The notes under the pieces are model-generated. The model was not told where the DNA came from, did not search any database, and saw only the letters and a list, made by a program, of their open reading frames with translations. This document shows positions 1 through 12,942 of a stretch of DNA of 64,000 nt, piece by piece (the stretch's first letter is position 1; each line of letters starts with the position of its first letter). The stretch comes from Malacoraja senta (taxonomy: Eukaryota), in NCBI GenBank assembly GCA_038087875.1, contig CM075998.1:6016001-6080000 (forward strand). The letters run 5' to 3'. The position numbers and the translations under genes were made by a program.

Positions 1-749
1 TCTGAACGAAATTGTGATGCCTGCAGTCATACACAGAACCAATAATAACAAAACATACAATAAACACAAATTAAACATCCACCACAGTGAGTTCATCAAG
101 CACACCTTCACTGTGATGGAGGCAAAGTCTTAGTCTCCGTCTCTTCCCTCCTTGTTCTCCCTCTGCGCTGAGGCGATCGATCCAGGCCGAAGATGCCGCC
201 CTCCAGTCCAGCGGACCTCCGTGGTGATGTCGCCGCCGCCGAAACGCCGGAAAATGGCGTCTCCGCTGCGAGACGGCCCGCCACAGCATCAGCCCCGGGT
301 CCCACAGTCTCCGCTCCGGACCACCGCCCCAGCTCCAGGTCCCGCAGTCTCCGCTCCGGACCCCGCCGCACCAGCTCCAGGCCGCCGCCGCCGAAAGCCG
401 GAACGCCGCACCAGCAAGTCGGGCCACCGCTGCCTCAGCCCCGAAGACGGCCAGCATCCCGCTGGTAAGTCCTGGCTGGCTCTGCCTCCGTAGCCTCGGG
501 GTCGGTCGCAGGTTGGAGGCGGCCAGCCCCGCCATTAGGCCTCACCGCAGACGGAGGCAGAGAAGGGGGATACGACACGAAAAAGTCGCATTCCCCCGAA
601 GGAGGAGACAGAGGACATGTTTCTCCCCCCCTAACACAACCCAACAAACTAAAACTTAACAAAACAGGACAAAAAAACCCAACAGAAAAAGTAAAAACAG
701 ACGGACTGCAGGCGAGCCGCAGCCGATTAACAGCGCCGCCACTTCCGGA
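1..749 (-). mobile_element. GC-rich non-autonomous retroposon (unclassified), copy 1; 3' end runs off the window
   Basis: Colinear similarity to 46873-47629 and 50842-51697; on the minus strand it begins TCCGGAAGTGGCGGCGCTG. Confidence 0.8.
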
Positions 750-814
750 AAATCACAGCAGACCAGTACACACAATACACACAGATAAGATCTGATATTC
801 TAAAATTCAAAGAT

Positions 815-1125
815 CAATAACTGTAATACCAGTGTAAAAACTGAAGTAATAATGTAAGCAGAAGCTGTTCCTGAACCTGGACGTTACAGTTTTCAGGCTC
901 CTGTACCTTCTTCCCGATGGCAGGGGTGGAATGAGAGCGTGGCCAGGGTGGTGTGTGGGTCTCTGATGATGCTGGCTGCCTTTTTGAGGCAGCGACTCCT
1001 GCAGATCCCTTCGATGGTGGGGAGGTCAGTCCCCGTGATGTGATGGACCGGGCAGTGTTCACATCGTTTTGCAATCTCCATCGCTCCTGGGCGTTCGAGT
1101 TGCTGAACCAGGCCGTGATGCAAGT
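815..1125 (-). mobile_element. Rex1/Babar-like LINE 3' fragment
   Basis: Peptides CITAWFSN and ITGTDLPTIEGI..SRCLKKAASIIRDP resemble the C-terminus of the longer copy at 15938-17165. Confidence 0.7.
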
Positions 1126-2046
1126 GGTCCATACTCTTTGTACCATATGCCTGGAGAAAGCAGACAAGCATTTGACGCTTGAAGAGACACCAAAATTAAA
1201 GACCAGATGCCTTGCGGAGGGAACGCTCGAACTTGGAGCCCGACAGCAGAAAGCATGGCTGCCACTGGCGCAGTGGCGGTGAGCAGAATGGAGATGCAGG
1301 CTTGGGTGAAGGGATTCTTGATTAGTACGGGTAGCAGGGGTTATGGGAAGAAGGCAGGAGAATGGGGTTTGGAGGGAGAGATAGATCAGCCATGATTGAA
1401 TGGCGGAGTAGACTTGATGGGCCGAATGTCCTAATTCTACTCCTATCACTTATGACCTTATGAACAAATTCCTGATTTTACAATGAAATGTTCTTGAGGG
1501 AATTCATTGTGAACAGGTCCACAATGTGGCAGTAAACGGAGCAACAAGTCAGTGGTGTGGTGCGGCCAGCTGGGGGTCTGCTGAGGTTATTATCTCTACA
1601 TTGTTCATAACTCACAACAAGATCTTCTATCCCGATTGATTGTGCCGCTGTTACAAACACAGGCAGGCCGAGCTGTTAGTGCAGTGCGGACACAAGCTTG
1701 CTGTGTGATTGCATTGACATCCTTGGGCACGCGGCCATCTACGTCCGACCATGCTGCCAGATGTAAGATGGAAACTCAGACGTCAGCAGCAGTAATGAAC
1801 CGCTTGGTCCACTCCCAGTACGTACACAACTTTGTCACTCATTATTCCTGAAGCAAACTACTTTGTCAAATAATAATCCTGGAATATTGAGCGAAGCAGA
1901 GATGAATAGTTTGTAGAAGCCATTTATCATCACAGGCGGTCCACTATTCATGGAATAAATTAAACAGCTCAGAACACATCATTACATCATGACTTGATTA
2001 TTTACTGTCCTTTAATTTCACAAAAGTAGTACAGTTATAGAGGCAT

Positions 2047-2357
2047 AGATACAGTGATACAGTGTGGAAACAGGCCCTTCGGCCCAACTTGCCCACACCG
2101 GCCAACAATGTCCCAGCTACACGAGGCATAAAGTGATACAGTGTGGAAACAGGCCCTTCAGCCCAACTTGCCCACACCGGCCAACAATGTCCCAGCTACA
2201 CGAGGCACACAGTGATACAGTGTGGAAACAGGCCCTTCAGCCCATCTTGCCCACACCGGCCAACATGTCCCAGCTACACGAGGCATAAAGTGATACAGTG
2301 TGTACACAGGCCCTTCAGCCCATCTTGCCCACACCGGCCAACATGTCCCAGCTACAC
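2047..2357. repeat. About 79-bp tandem repeat (4 copies) derived from a CR1/SINE 3' tail
   Basis: Unit gtgatacagtgtggaaacaggcccttc...gtcccagctacacgaggca repeats four times and runs into a CR1 fragment. Confidence 0.85.
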
Positions 2358-3047
2358 TAGTCCCACCTGCCTGCGCTTGGTCCATATCCCTCCAAACCTG
2401 TCCTATCCATGTAGCTGTCTAACGTTGGGATAGTCCCAGCCTCAACTACCTCCTCTGGCAGCTTGTTCCATACACCCACCACCCTTTGTGTGAAAAGGTT
2501 ACCCCTCAGATCCCTATTAAATCTATACCCCTTCAACCTATGTCCTCTGGTCCTCGATTCCCCTATTCTGGGGAAGAGACTCTGTGCGTCTACCCGATCT
2601 ACTGCTCTCATGATTTTGTACACCTTTATAAGATCACCCCCCATCCTCCTGCACTCCAAAGAACTTCCTGTTAGAAACATAGAAACATAGACAATAGGTG
2701 CAGGAGTAGGCCATTCGGCCCTTCGACCCTTCAATATGATCATGCCTGATCATCCAAAATCAGTACCCCGTTCCGGATTCTTCCCAATATCACTTGATTC
2801 CTTTAGCCCTCGAAGCTAAATTTAACTTTCTCTTGAAAAGATCCAGTGAATTGGCCTCCATCTGTGGTAGAGAATTCCACAGATTTACAACTCTCTGGGT
2901 GAAAAAGTTTTTCCTCATCTCAATCCTAAATGGCCGACCCCTTATTCTTAAACTGTGACCCCTGGTTCTGGACTCCCCCAACATCGGTAACATTTTTCCT
3001 GCATCTAGCCTGTCCAATCCTTCAAGAATTTTATATGTTTCTATAAG
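2358..3047 (-). mobile_element. Two adjacent CR1 LINE 3' fragments
   Basis: RGDLI..YKI, SRTRGH, FTQRVV..WN.LP motifs; (gaaacata)n tail near 2673. Confidence 0.85.
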
Positions 3048-4087
3048 AAACAGATCTTTGGGATGCGACGGGGACGGGAGCACCTGGTGAAATCCATGCG
3101 GTCACAGGGAGAACATGCAAACTCCACACAGACAGCAAGGTTGGAAGTGGAACCCAGGAGGAAGAGCAGTAACTGCTGCGCCAGGATTGAGGTGTAAGAG
3201 GTAGCGATTCAAGCTTTGGATTCTTGAAATAAAACTCAAAGTCAGTTTGAGATCTTTTTCCTGAACTCTTCCCTCATTCGCCCTGACAGGTACCACGGGA
3301 ATTCTACGAACATCAATCCTCTTCTGGTACTGCTCTCAAAAAGGTATGAAGTGGTGAGTGTAGAGTATGTACGAGCAGGACAAATATCCTACCTGAGACA
3401 CAAGAGGTTACAGATGCTGGAGAAAAAAACCCAAAATGGCGGAGGAACTCAATGCATCTATTGGGGCAAAGGAATTGTTGACGTTTTGGCCCAAGACCCT
3501 GCATCAAGACATCATCTACCTGATACATTCATTTTACTGCAAGGGGGTTATCAAATAACCCTGACCACAACACTACCTCAGCACCAAGCTAAGATGGACT
3601 TTTTAATTGGTTGCACTATATTTTTCCATTTGCATTGTTTTGGTCTGGTTCCCTGGTGTAGCTGATAATTGACTGTGTTCTTGTTTATTCCACATTTAGT
3701 TGCGTTGTTGTGTTAAGCTGCCTGAAGCAAGTCAGAATTTCATTGTTCCAGTCCCTGTACATATATGACACGTTAAACACTCTTGAGCCTTGTGGCACCA
3801 CATGCACAAAACTAGGAGCGCTGGTTTATAAAGAGGGAGATATTAGATTGTGTAAAACAGAGTGTAGGTGTGTGTGTCCTTACTTACTACCATACAGAAG
3901 GAGACCATTCAGCCTCGGATCCAGGCCATGAAGCAATCACAACAATCCCATTCCCCCTTTCTTTGTGTCTCTGTAACCCTGCAACTTATTTTCTACCACA
4001 TGCCAATCAACTCCCCTTTTGATTCTTTTGCCACTTACCTACGCCAGCGCTGATTTACAGCAGCCAATTAACCTGCCAACTGGGTGA

Positions 4088-5182
4088 AGGAGTAGGCCAT
4101 TCGGCCCTTTGAGCCAGCACCGCCATTCAATATGATCATGGCTGATCATCTAAAATCAGTATCGGTACCCCATTTCTGCTTTCCCCCCATATCCCTTGAT
4201 TCCCCTCGCCCTAAGAGCTAAATCTAAAGGGTCTGTCCCACTTATTGGTTGCCATGGTGAAAAACTGGTTGCCATGGTGAAAATCGATAATCCTGTAGTT
4301 GTAGGTGCAGTTGTAGTGGGGTCGCCATGTAGTTATGGGTAGTCGAGGTAGCCATAAGTAGTTTTAGTTAATCGCCTTTGCTGACAGGGCATTTTCATTG
4401 GCTCATTGGGGGAAAAAAACGTAAGCAGTAGTTTTCAGAACCAAGGATAACCGACCGGTAATGTTAAATGTCCGCCGAGCTTCACAGCCGTGTGTCTCTG
4501 GCTTATTAAAAGTTGTCTGGCTTCTTAAAAGTGTCTCCACTCCTTCTCCCCCCCTTCTCCCCCCTTCTCCCCTCCCCCCTCCCCCCCCCTTGTAAAGGAC
4601 TGACCTTACACTGTGCTAGCCAACCTTCCTGTTCATCCCGGTGTGTGTCTGTATCACCTTGGCTTTGCACCATGTGAATTTCAGACAGCGCTCCCCCGCT
4701 TTCCCTGGCCCCCCGCCTTTGCGATGTGTTTGTGTGTGTGTTCCACTCTGACAGTCGCCGTTCCAGTTCCCGGCTTTTCAGGCGACTGCCGGGAACCTGA
4801 CACTCGCCGGCAGTCCGCTGAAAAATCGCCTAAGTAGGACACTGAAAACATCCAATGAATTGGCCTCCACTGCCTCTGTGGCTGAGAATTCCACAGATTC
4901 ACAACTCACTGGGTGAAAACGTTTTTTCCTCATTTCAGTCCTAAATGGCCTACCGCTTATTCTTAAACTGTGACCCCTGGTTCTGGACTCCCCCAACATC
5001 GGGAACATGTTTCCTGCATCTACCCTGAACAATCCTCTAAGAATTTTATATGTTTCTATAAGATCTCCTCTCATCCTTTCTGAATATCAGTGAATACAAG
5101 CCCAGTCTACTCCATTCTTTCATCATATACGTCAGTCCTGCCATCCCGGGAATTAACCTGGTGCACCTACTCTGCACTCCCT
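4088..5182 (-). mobile_element. CR1 3' fragment interrupted by a MITE
   Basis: MRGDLIETYKILRG...ESRTRGHSLRI; 3' UTR matches the other CR1 copies. Confidence 0.8.
4228..4840. mobile_element. PIF/Harbinger-type MITE, right terminus clipped
   Basis: TAA then agggtctgtcccactta ... taagtaggaca inverted termini; splits a CR1 fragment. Confidence 0.6.
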
Positions 5183-5857
5183 TACACCCACGCTGCATTT
5201 CCCAGTTGGAGTTACTACATAACCATCAGGAGCGGGTCCTGACTGACTTGATTCCCACACTCAGGCACCCTGCGATAACCTGTAGCTCTTCCGATGGAGC
5301 CCCCGCTGTTTGAATGGGTGCAATGGATAACCAATGATCAACCTCTCCCTATAGCTCAGGCCCTCGAGTCCTGGCAACATCCTCGTAAATCTTCTCTGTA
5401 CCCTTTCCAACTTGACAACATCTTTCCTACAACATGGTGGATAGTAAAGGAAAAGTTTGTATAAAATAGATTATAGCTTGGGTACTGGAGTTGTCTTATT
5501 GAATCTAGATGGAATAGAAGGACTTTGGGCACCAGGTTATGGTGGTAGGTGGGACTAGTGTAGATGAGACATGTTGGTCGGTGTGGGCAAGTAGGGCCGA
5601 AGGGCCTGTTTCCACGATGGAAGACTCTATAACTCTATGACTTGTTGTAAAGGAACACACAATTCTTTAGCCAAGGGGCCAGTGGCATTGTAGGTAGCCC
5701 AGTAAAGGTTTTACAACAAGCCAATAAAAGGTTGCTGATACAGCATTCATTATCGATTGTACCCATTCAAACAGCTGGGGTTCCATCGGAAAAGCTACAG
5801 GTTATCACAGGGTGCCTGAGTGTGGGAATGAAGTCAGTCAGAGCCCGGTCCTGACGC

Positions 5858-6361
5858 CCCTAATTTGAGGAAGGACATTCTTGCTATTGAGGGAGTGCAG
5901 CGTAGGTTTACAAGGTTAATTCCCGGGATGGCGGGACTGTCATATGCTGAGAGAATGGAGCGGCTGGGCTTGTACACTCTGGAGTTTAGAAGGATGAGAG
6001 GGGATCTTATTGAAACATATAAGATTGTTAAGGGTTTGGACACGCTAGAGGCAGGAAACGTGTTCCCGATGTTGGGGGAGTCCAGAACCAGGGGCCACAG
6101 CTTAAGAATAAGGGGTAAGCCATTTAGAACGGAGACGAGGAAACACTTTTTCTCACAGAGAGTGGTCTGTGGAATTCTCTGCCTCAGAGGGCTGTGGAGG
6201 CCGGTTCTCTGGATATTTTCAAGAGGGAGCTAGATAGGGCTCTTAACGATAGTGGAGTCAGGGGATATGGGGAGAAGGCAGGAACGGGGTACTGATTGGG
6301 GATGATCAGCCATGATCACATTGAATGGAGGTGCTGGCTCGAAGGGCCGAATGGCCTACTC
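5858..6361 (+). mobile_element. CR1 3' fragment
   Basis: RKDILAIEGVQRRFTRLIPGM...RGDLIETYKI...RTRGHSL. Confidence 0.9.
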
Positions 6362-6596
6362 TATTGCATCTAACTCCGACTGGGAAATGAACAGTGATCT
6401 TCATGGTGGAACAGTTGCTACTTACTGCCTGGGATCAGCCAGGAAGGGGGAGCTTCGGGGCCAGACATGTCAACATCCCCCCTGCTTGGGGAGACCATTG
6501 GGTTCACAGATCCTCCGTGCCAAGTCACCCTGCAAACCCATTTCTAGGCGTGGCTGAGGCATCGAGAGTTCCCTTACACAATATAACTACTGCTGT

Positions 6597-6876
6597 ACGG
6601 TGGCGCAGCGGTAGAGTTGCTGCCTCACAGCGCCAGAGACCCGGGATCCATCCCGACTACGGGTGCTGTCTGTACGGAGTTTGTACCTTCTCCCCGTGAC
6701 CTGCGTGGGTTTTCTCCGGGTGCTCTGGTTTCCTCCCACACTCCCCAATTGGTTTTGGTAAAAATTATAAATTGTCCCTAGCGTGTAGGGTAGTGTAAGT
6801 GTACAGAGATCGCTGCTCGGTGCAGACTCAGTGGGTCGAAGGGCCTGTTTCTACACTATATCTCTAAACTAAACTA
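6597..6876 (+). mobile_element. tRNA-derived V-SINE (HE1-like)
   Basis: Head ggtggcgcagcggtagag (A box), central gggttttctccgggtgctc..ggtttcctcccaca block, CR1-like tail gggtcgaagggcctgtttc and (ctaaa)n. Confidence 0.85.
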
Positions 6877-8014
6877 ATATTCCCTTTATTCCATTGAGAT
6901 AAAATAAGACAACTCCAATACCCAAGTTCTCACTTATTTTATACCTAAACGTTCCAATTGTGTTATTGAAATACATCTTAATACATTGTTTGATAGAAGT
7001 AAATAAAATGAAGAGAGACATGGATAGGGTAGACAGTCAGAACCTTTTTCAGAGTATAAATATCAAATGCTAGAGGGTGGAGCTTTAACGTGAGAGGGGC
7101 AATGTTTACTGGAGATGTGTGGGCAAGTTATTTTATACAGAGGGTGGTGGGTGCCTGGAACTCACCGCCATGGGTGGTGGTGGAGGCAAATACCTTAGTA
7201 GCGTTTAAGAGGCTTTTATATGGGAATATGGATATGCAAGGATTTGCAAGGAATTACGTTCAGGCAATTAAGGTTTGGTTGGCATCATATTTAGCAGAAA
7301 CATTGTGGGCTGAAGGGCCTGTTCCTGCACTGTGGTGTTCTATGTTCTATCTTCTGCTACTTCGGTGGAATTGAAGAACATAAATCAATCAAACTAACGA
7401 TAAGTTCCTAAGTTCTGGGAGCAGAATCAGGCCATTCGGTCCATCCATTCAATGATGCCTGATCTGATCAGCCCCGTTCTCCTGCCTTCTCCCCATAATG
7501 ATGTACGGGTCCACATATCTGCCCTTCCTGTGACATTGCACATTTTACCAGGCAGATGTCTATTCTGAGCCAGCCCAGACACATACACCACTTCCTTTAC
7601 GCGTTGGAAATGTGCCAGCCAATTTACACAGTGTCCCACGGCCACAAGGTCAGGAAATGTATCGATTCAGAAATGTGAAGGGGTGCCAGATATTGGCTGG
7701 ATCACCAGGGGAACCTTGCCTGCTCTTCCATGGTTAAACACCCTGGGAGTCAAGAGTCAAGGGTGTTTAATCATCATATGTACAGAAAACAGAACAATGA
7801 AACTCTTACATGCAACAGCATTACAGGTTTGCAAACACAGTGCTCATAGATAACACAATAAACAAAATAATGTTCAATAAAAAAACAATATTAGGTCAAG
7901 ACAAAAGTTCAATATTAGTTCAAGTAGAGCTCTAGGGGCTAGTGGAGTCAAGGGATATGGGGAGAAGGCAGGCACAGGGATATGGGGAGAAGGCAGGCAA
8001 TGCTCCAGTCCCTC

Positions 8015-8325
8015 TAGTTTAGTGTAGTTTAGAGATACAGCGCGGAAACAGGCCCTTCGGCCCACCGAGTCCACACCGACCAGCGATCCCCGCACACTAA
8101 CACTATCCTACACACACTAGGGACAATTTAAACTTATACCAAGCCAATTAACCTACAAACCTGCACGCCTTTGGAGTGTGCGAGGAAACAGAAGATCTCG
8201 GAGAAAACCCACGCAGGTCACGGGGAGATCGTACAAACTCCGTACAGACAGCACCCCGTAGTCGGGATCACACCCGGGTCTCCGGCGCTGTGAGGCAGCA
8301 ACTCTACCGCTGCGCCACCGTGCCG
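8015..8325 (-). mobile_element. tRNA-derived V-SINE (HE1-like)
   Basis: Reverse complement of the same SINE family. Confidence 0.85.
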
Positions 8326-8869
8326 CACTTTGATTTCGTCAGCTGCCGGGTCCGTCCTCGTCCAATTACTATCGAATCAGGACCTGACTGAATGTCAAGA
8401 CCAGCTGGAGGGGATGGATGGTCGCTGGTCCCATCGGGCTGAAGTCAGCGGCTGCCGACATTGCCGTGCCTCGAGTCTTCCTGGCTCCGTGGCAGGGCTG
8501 GGGAAGGCAAGCACTGATGCCGGATAGCACTTTGACATCATCAGCCATTGATGTTTGCCTCCAGCCCTTTGAAGCAAAGTCTTCCAGCTGAAATGGAGGT
8601 TTCATCCGTGCGAGAGGCTTCTACAGTGTCGGTGAGCCGAGTCACACTGCCCCAGGGGCAGGAGTTACAGGTTAAACACATCTGGCCATCGACGAAGCGA
8701 TCATGATAGCCAGGGCGGGAAGCTTGTCAGACCCATGGCTGATTGCCAGCCTGCCTATTCCCCGTCTCACTCTCTCACCAGATTCTCTTTTGCTTTTCCA
8801 ATTGACAGCATTTTTAGGCCATTTTTTAGCAGCAGAATGAGGCCATTCGGCCATCAAGTTTACTCTGCC

Positions 8870-9411
8870 GGTACACAAAAATGCTGGAGAAACTCAGCGG
8901 GTGCAGCAGCATCTATGGAGTGAAGGAAATAGGTAACGTTTCGGGCCGAAACCCTTCTTCAGACTGATAGGGGGTGGGGAGAAGAAAGGAAAAAAGGAAA
9001 AAGGCGGAGGAGGAGCCCGAGGGCTGGGGGATGGGAGGAGACAACCAGAGGGCTGATGAAGGGGAGGGAACAGCAAGGGCTAGCAGAATTGGGAGAATTC
9101 AATGTTCAGGCCCCCAGGATGTAGACTGCCCAAGCGGAATATGAGGTGCATTTCCTCCAATTTACGGTGTTGCTCGCTGTGGCCATGGAGGAGACCCAGG
9201 ACAGAGAGGTCAGATACGGAATGGGAGGGGGAGTTGAAGTGCTGAGCCACCGGGAGTTCAGGTTGGTTATTGCGGACCGACCGGAGGTGTTCGGCGAAAC
9301 GATCGCCAAGCCTCCGCTTGGTCTCACCGATGTAGATCAGCTGGCATCTAGAGCAGCGGATGCAATAGATGAGGTTGGAGGAGATGCAGGTGAACCTCTG
9401 TCGCACCTGGC
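8870..9411 (-). mobile_element. Penelope-like element, 5'-truncated (GIY-YIG endonuclease fragment plus terminal repeat)
   Basis: SSNLIYCIRC..CQLIYIGETKRRLGDRFAEH; 13-bp TSD agtttactctgcc at 8857-8869 and 9412-9424. Confidence 0.9.
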
Positions 9412-9497
9412 AGTTTACTCTGCCATTCAATCATGGCTGATCTCTTTTTTTGTATGGCTTTGTAAATATTTGATTAGTGTATAAATGTAAATAATTT

Positions 9498-9688
9498 GGT
9501 GTACATATAGCTGCCGGTGTACATATGGTGTACATATAGCTGCCGGTGTACATATGGTGTACATATAGCTGCCGGTGTACATATGGTGTACATATAGCTG
9601 CCGGTGTACATATGGTGTACATATAGCTGCCGGTGTACATATGGTGTACATATAGCTGCCGGTGTACATATGGTGTACATACAGCTGC
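9498..9688. repeat. 29-bp minisatellite, about 6.5 copies
   Basis: Unit ggtgtacatatagctgccggtgtacatat. Confidence 0.95.
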
Positions 9689-10786
9689 TAAATTTGTATA
9701 AGATAATTATAAGCAGTTGAATAAGGGGTGGGAATTAATAAGCTTTGGCTTCTTCCGGCTCCTTTTCGGACACATACGATTTCATTTATTTATAGATATT
9801 GTTTATGACACTTTATAAATATTCTTTTTTGTTTTTTTGTTTGTGGTATGCTGTTTCACACTTGCTTTTTATTCTTTTATTCTGTTCGAAATAAAGAATG
9901 AAATAAAATCTATCTCTCCCTCCTAACCCCATTCTCCTGCCTTCTCCCCATAACCCCTGACCCCCGTACTAATCAAGGATCAATCTATCTCTGCCTTAAC
10001 AATACCCATTGACTTGGCCTCCACAGCCGTCTGTGGCTCTGAATCCCACAGATTCACCACCCTCTGACTAAAGAAATTCCTCCTCATCTCCTATCTAAAG
10101 GAACGTCCTTTAATTCTGAGTCTGTGCCCTCTGGTCCTAGACTCTCCCACTAGTGGAAACATCCTCTCCACATCCACTCTATCCGGGCCTTTCACTCTTC
10201 AAAAGCCAGCAGGCGACATTTTGGATCTGTGGTGACAATGCCTATAAAACCTTACCTAGGCGTTGGATTGGTACGTATACCTTGGAAACATCCTCTCCAC
10301 ATCCACATTTTGGATTAGTCCTGCATTTAGAGTGTGTGTAGCAGGGCAGGCCCAATGTGCAGGAACTTAAAGCAACCAGATCATGGGTATTAAACACTCC
10401 TGTGGATTTAAATTACAGAGCTGCTTCTCAAATGCTCTTAAGTGGCATAGGAACTCCTCTTTGGTGGCGTTTGGGTAATTATAATCTTTGCCTCTTTGAT
10501 TGTTGACCCACGCACATTTTTAGCCCTGACGCTGGAAAACAGAATCAGACTAAACCAAACAAAAAACTCTGAGGAATGATAGTGGCTGGCAGAACTGTCA
10601 CAGACGAGGATGAAACAAGGACATGGACAGGGCCAGTGACACTGGTGCAGCCAGTAGAGAGGATCAGGCTTCCATCCTGACTTCTGATGCTGTCTGTGTG
10701 GAGTCTGCACGTTCTCCCTGTGACTGAGCATTGAGGCTCATGTTGATGCACTGAGTGTTTAACCAGATGTTTGTTCTGAGGTTTTT

Positions 10787-11101
10787 TAGTTTGGGTTTCA
10801 GGGATACCGCGTGGAAACAGGCCCTTCGGCCCACCGAGTCCATGCCGACCACCGACCACTCTTTCATACACTAGTTCCATGTTATACCACTTTCTCATCC
10901 ACTCCCTGCACACTAGGGGTAATTTGCAGAGGGCCGATTAACCTACACGCCCGCACGTCTTGGGATGCGGGGAGAGGAAAACCACGCGGTCACAGGGAGA
11001 ACGTGTAAACTCCACACACACAGACAGCACCCGTAGTCAGGATGGAACCCGGGTCTCTGGCGCTGTGAGGCAGCAACTCTACCGCTGCGCCACCGTGCCG
11101 C
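10787..11101 (-). mobile_element. tRNA-derived V-SINE (HE1-like)
   Basis: Same head, central block and tail as the other copies. Confidence 0.85.
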
Positions 11102-11674
11102 TCGCAAAGTGATTCTGCTTTGTAACATTGTCGCTGATGTAACGGCTTCAGTGTGATGTTGACTTTCTCTCTGTGCTGCTTTGCTGTGACAGCTTATCTT
11201 CTGCAATGAACCCACATTACTGGAGTAGCTTTGACCAACCTGCTGGGTTTTATGTGCGACCATGTGCCCTTTTATCAGAGAGTTCAACCATTTTACTGTT
11301 TGCCATGGAGTGTGGAGGATGGATGGATGTTGTTATCTCTGGGCCCCTCTCACCCCCATGCTGCAGTTCCCACCACAACCTCACCACCGCTCCGTGACTG
11401 GGACCTGTTGCTGAGTGAGTACCTTGCATTGGACAAACCTCTTGGGCTTTGCTCCAAGCCATCGCCATGGACATAGCAACTCTACACACAGTATCAAGTG
11501 TGAGTTCCTGCTTGTTTAATAATATCAATTGGCCTCGCTCAAGGATTAAACCACTTACAAACTTGTTGAAGGCCACGCGGTCTAGAAAGACATCGAGCAT
11601 TGCAGTGCAGAGACAGATCCTTCGACAAGTAAATGGATTCACCGGCAGTCTCGCCTGGCTTCTGATTCCTAGTT

Positions 11675-11826
11675 AGGAATTTTAGGGGTGGGAGATTGCA
11701 ACCTTCACGTTTGCAACCCTGTTTCAACGTATGCAATCAACCTGGCGTGCACAATCAAATAAGGTCAAATAGAACAAGTTGTCCTGCAACTTTAGGCTGT
11801 GCACGCCATACGCAAGAAGCAGAAGA
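11675..11826 (+). mobile_element. 152-bp retroposed insertion (LINE 3' end or short SINE) with (GAA)n-like tail
   Basis: 12-bp TSD tgattcctagtt at 11663-11674 and 11827-11838; ends caagaagcagaaga. Confidence 0.75.
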
Positions 11827-12289
11827 TGATTCCTAGTTCCCGTTTTGTAGCTCCCTGTGGCTTCTGAGTGTTTAGGATTGAAAAGACCTTCTTAGCTTCC
11901 GAACTACCTTGCTGAATAACATTTGTTATTACTTTAGACTATAGAGAAACAGACCTTCGGCCCACAAAGTCCGTGCCAACCAGATCACCCTGTACACTAG
12001 TTCTATCCTACACACACTTCGGGACAATTTACAATTCTTACTGAACCCAATTGACCTTCACAAACCTGCACATCTTTGGGATGTTGGGCAAACCCGCATG
12101 GCCACAGGGTAACATGCAAACCCCGAGGTTGGGGTTGAACCTGGGTCTTTATCAGAGAGCTGCCAGTGGAATCTTGCTGTGTGCTGTGCAGCTGCGCATG
12201 CCAGATCTCGCAGTGAGCTCACCTCACTCCCTGCCCCACATGAGCCTTTGTCCCTCACACCCAACATCAGGGCAACGCTAGTGACTGAG

Positions 12290-12728
12290 CGTAGAGAGAG
12301 CACAATGTCCTAGAGCACACAGAGAAAGTGAGAGAGAGAGAGAGAGTGAGAGATGTCCTGATGTATAGAAAGTGAGAGAGAGAATGTCTTGATGTAGAGA
12401 GAGCGCGAGAGGTGCCTTGTAGAGAAAGAGAGAGTGAGAAAGAGAGAGGGACTGCGAGAATGATAGAAGCACGGAGATACACACTGATGTAGAAACACAG
12501 AGAGAGAGAGAGATGGAGAGAGAGAGAGCAAGAGAGAGGGAGAAAGATAGAGGGGTACTCTCATGTAGAGAGAGGGAGAGAGATAGTGACAGAGAGAAGG
12601 AATCCGTGATGGAGGCAGAGAGAGAGTGATGGAGAAATCCTGTGATGTGGAGGAAGAGAGGGACAGACAGGAAGTGAGAGGGAGGCAGAGGGGAGAGAGA
12701 TATATGTTCTGATTGAAAGAGAGAGATG
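12290..12728. repeat. Degenerate (GA)n-rich low-complexity tract
   Basis: Interrupted AG runs. Confidence 0.85.
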
Positions 12729-12942
12729 TGTAGGAAGGAACTGCAGATGCTGGTTTAAACTGAAGATAGATACAAAATGTGGAGTAACTCAGCGGGACAG
12801 GCAGTATCTCTGGAGAGAAGGAATGGGTGACGTTTCGGGTCGAGACCCTGCTCTTCTCGAAGTGAAGGGTCTCTTCTGAAGAAGGGTCTCGACCCAAAAA
12901 GTCACCCATTCCTTCTCTCCAGAGATGCTGCCTGTCCCGCTG
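12729..12942. mobile_element. Penelope terminal-repeat fragments in inverted (foldback) arrangement
   Basis: cagcgggacaggcagtatctctggagagaaggaatgggtgacgtttcgggtcgagaccct followed by its reverse complement. Confidence 0.75.

Noticed and set aside
71..662. Overlapping ORFs in the GC-rich element (also 46901-47602, 50929-51539)
   Set aside because: Frames are not conserved between the three copies; high GC explains the scarcity of stops.
6597..6665. tRNA gene
   Set aside because: It is the tRNA-derived head of a multi-copy SINE and continues into the SINE body and tail.
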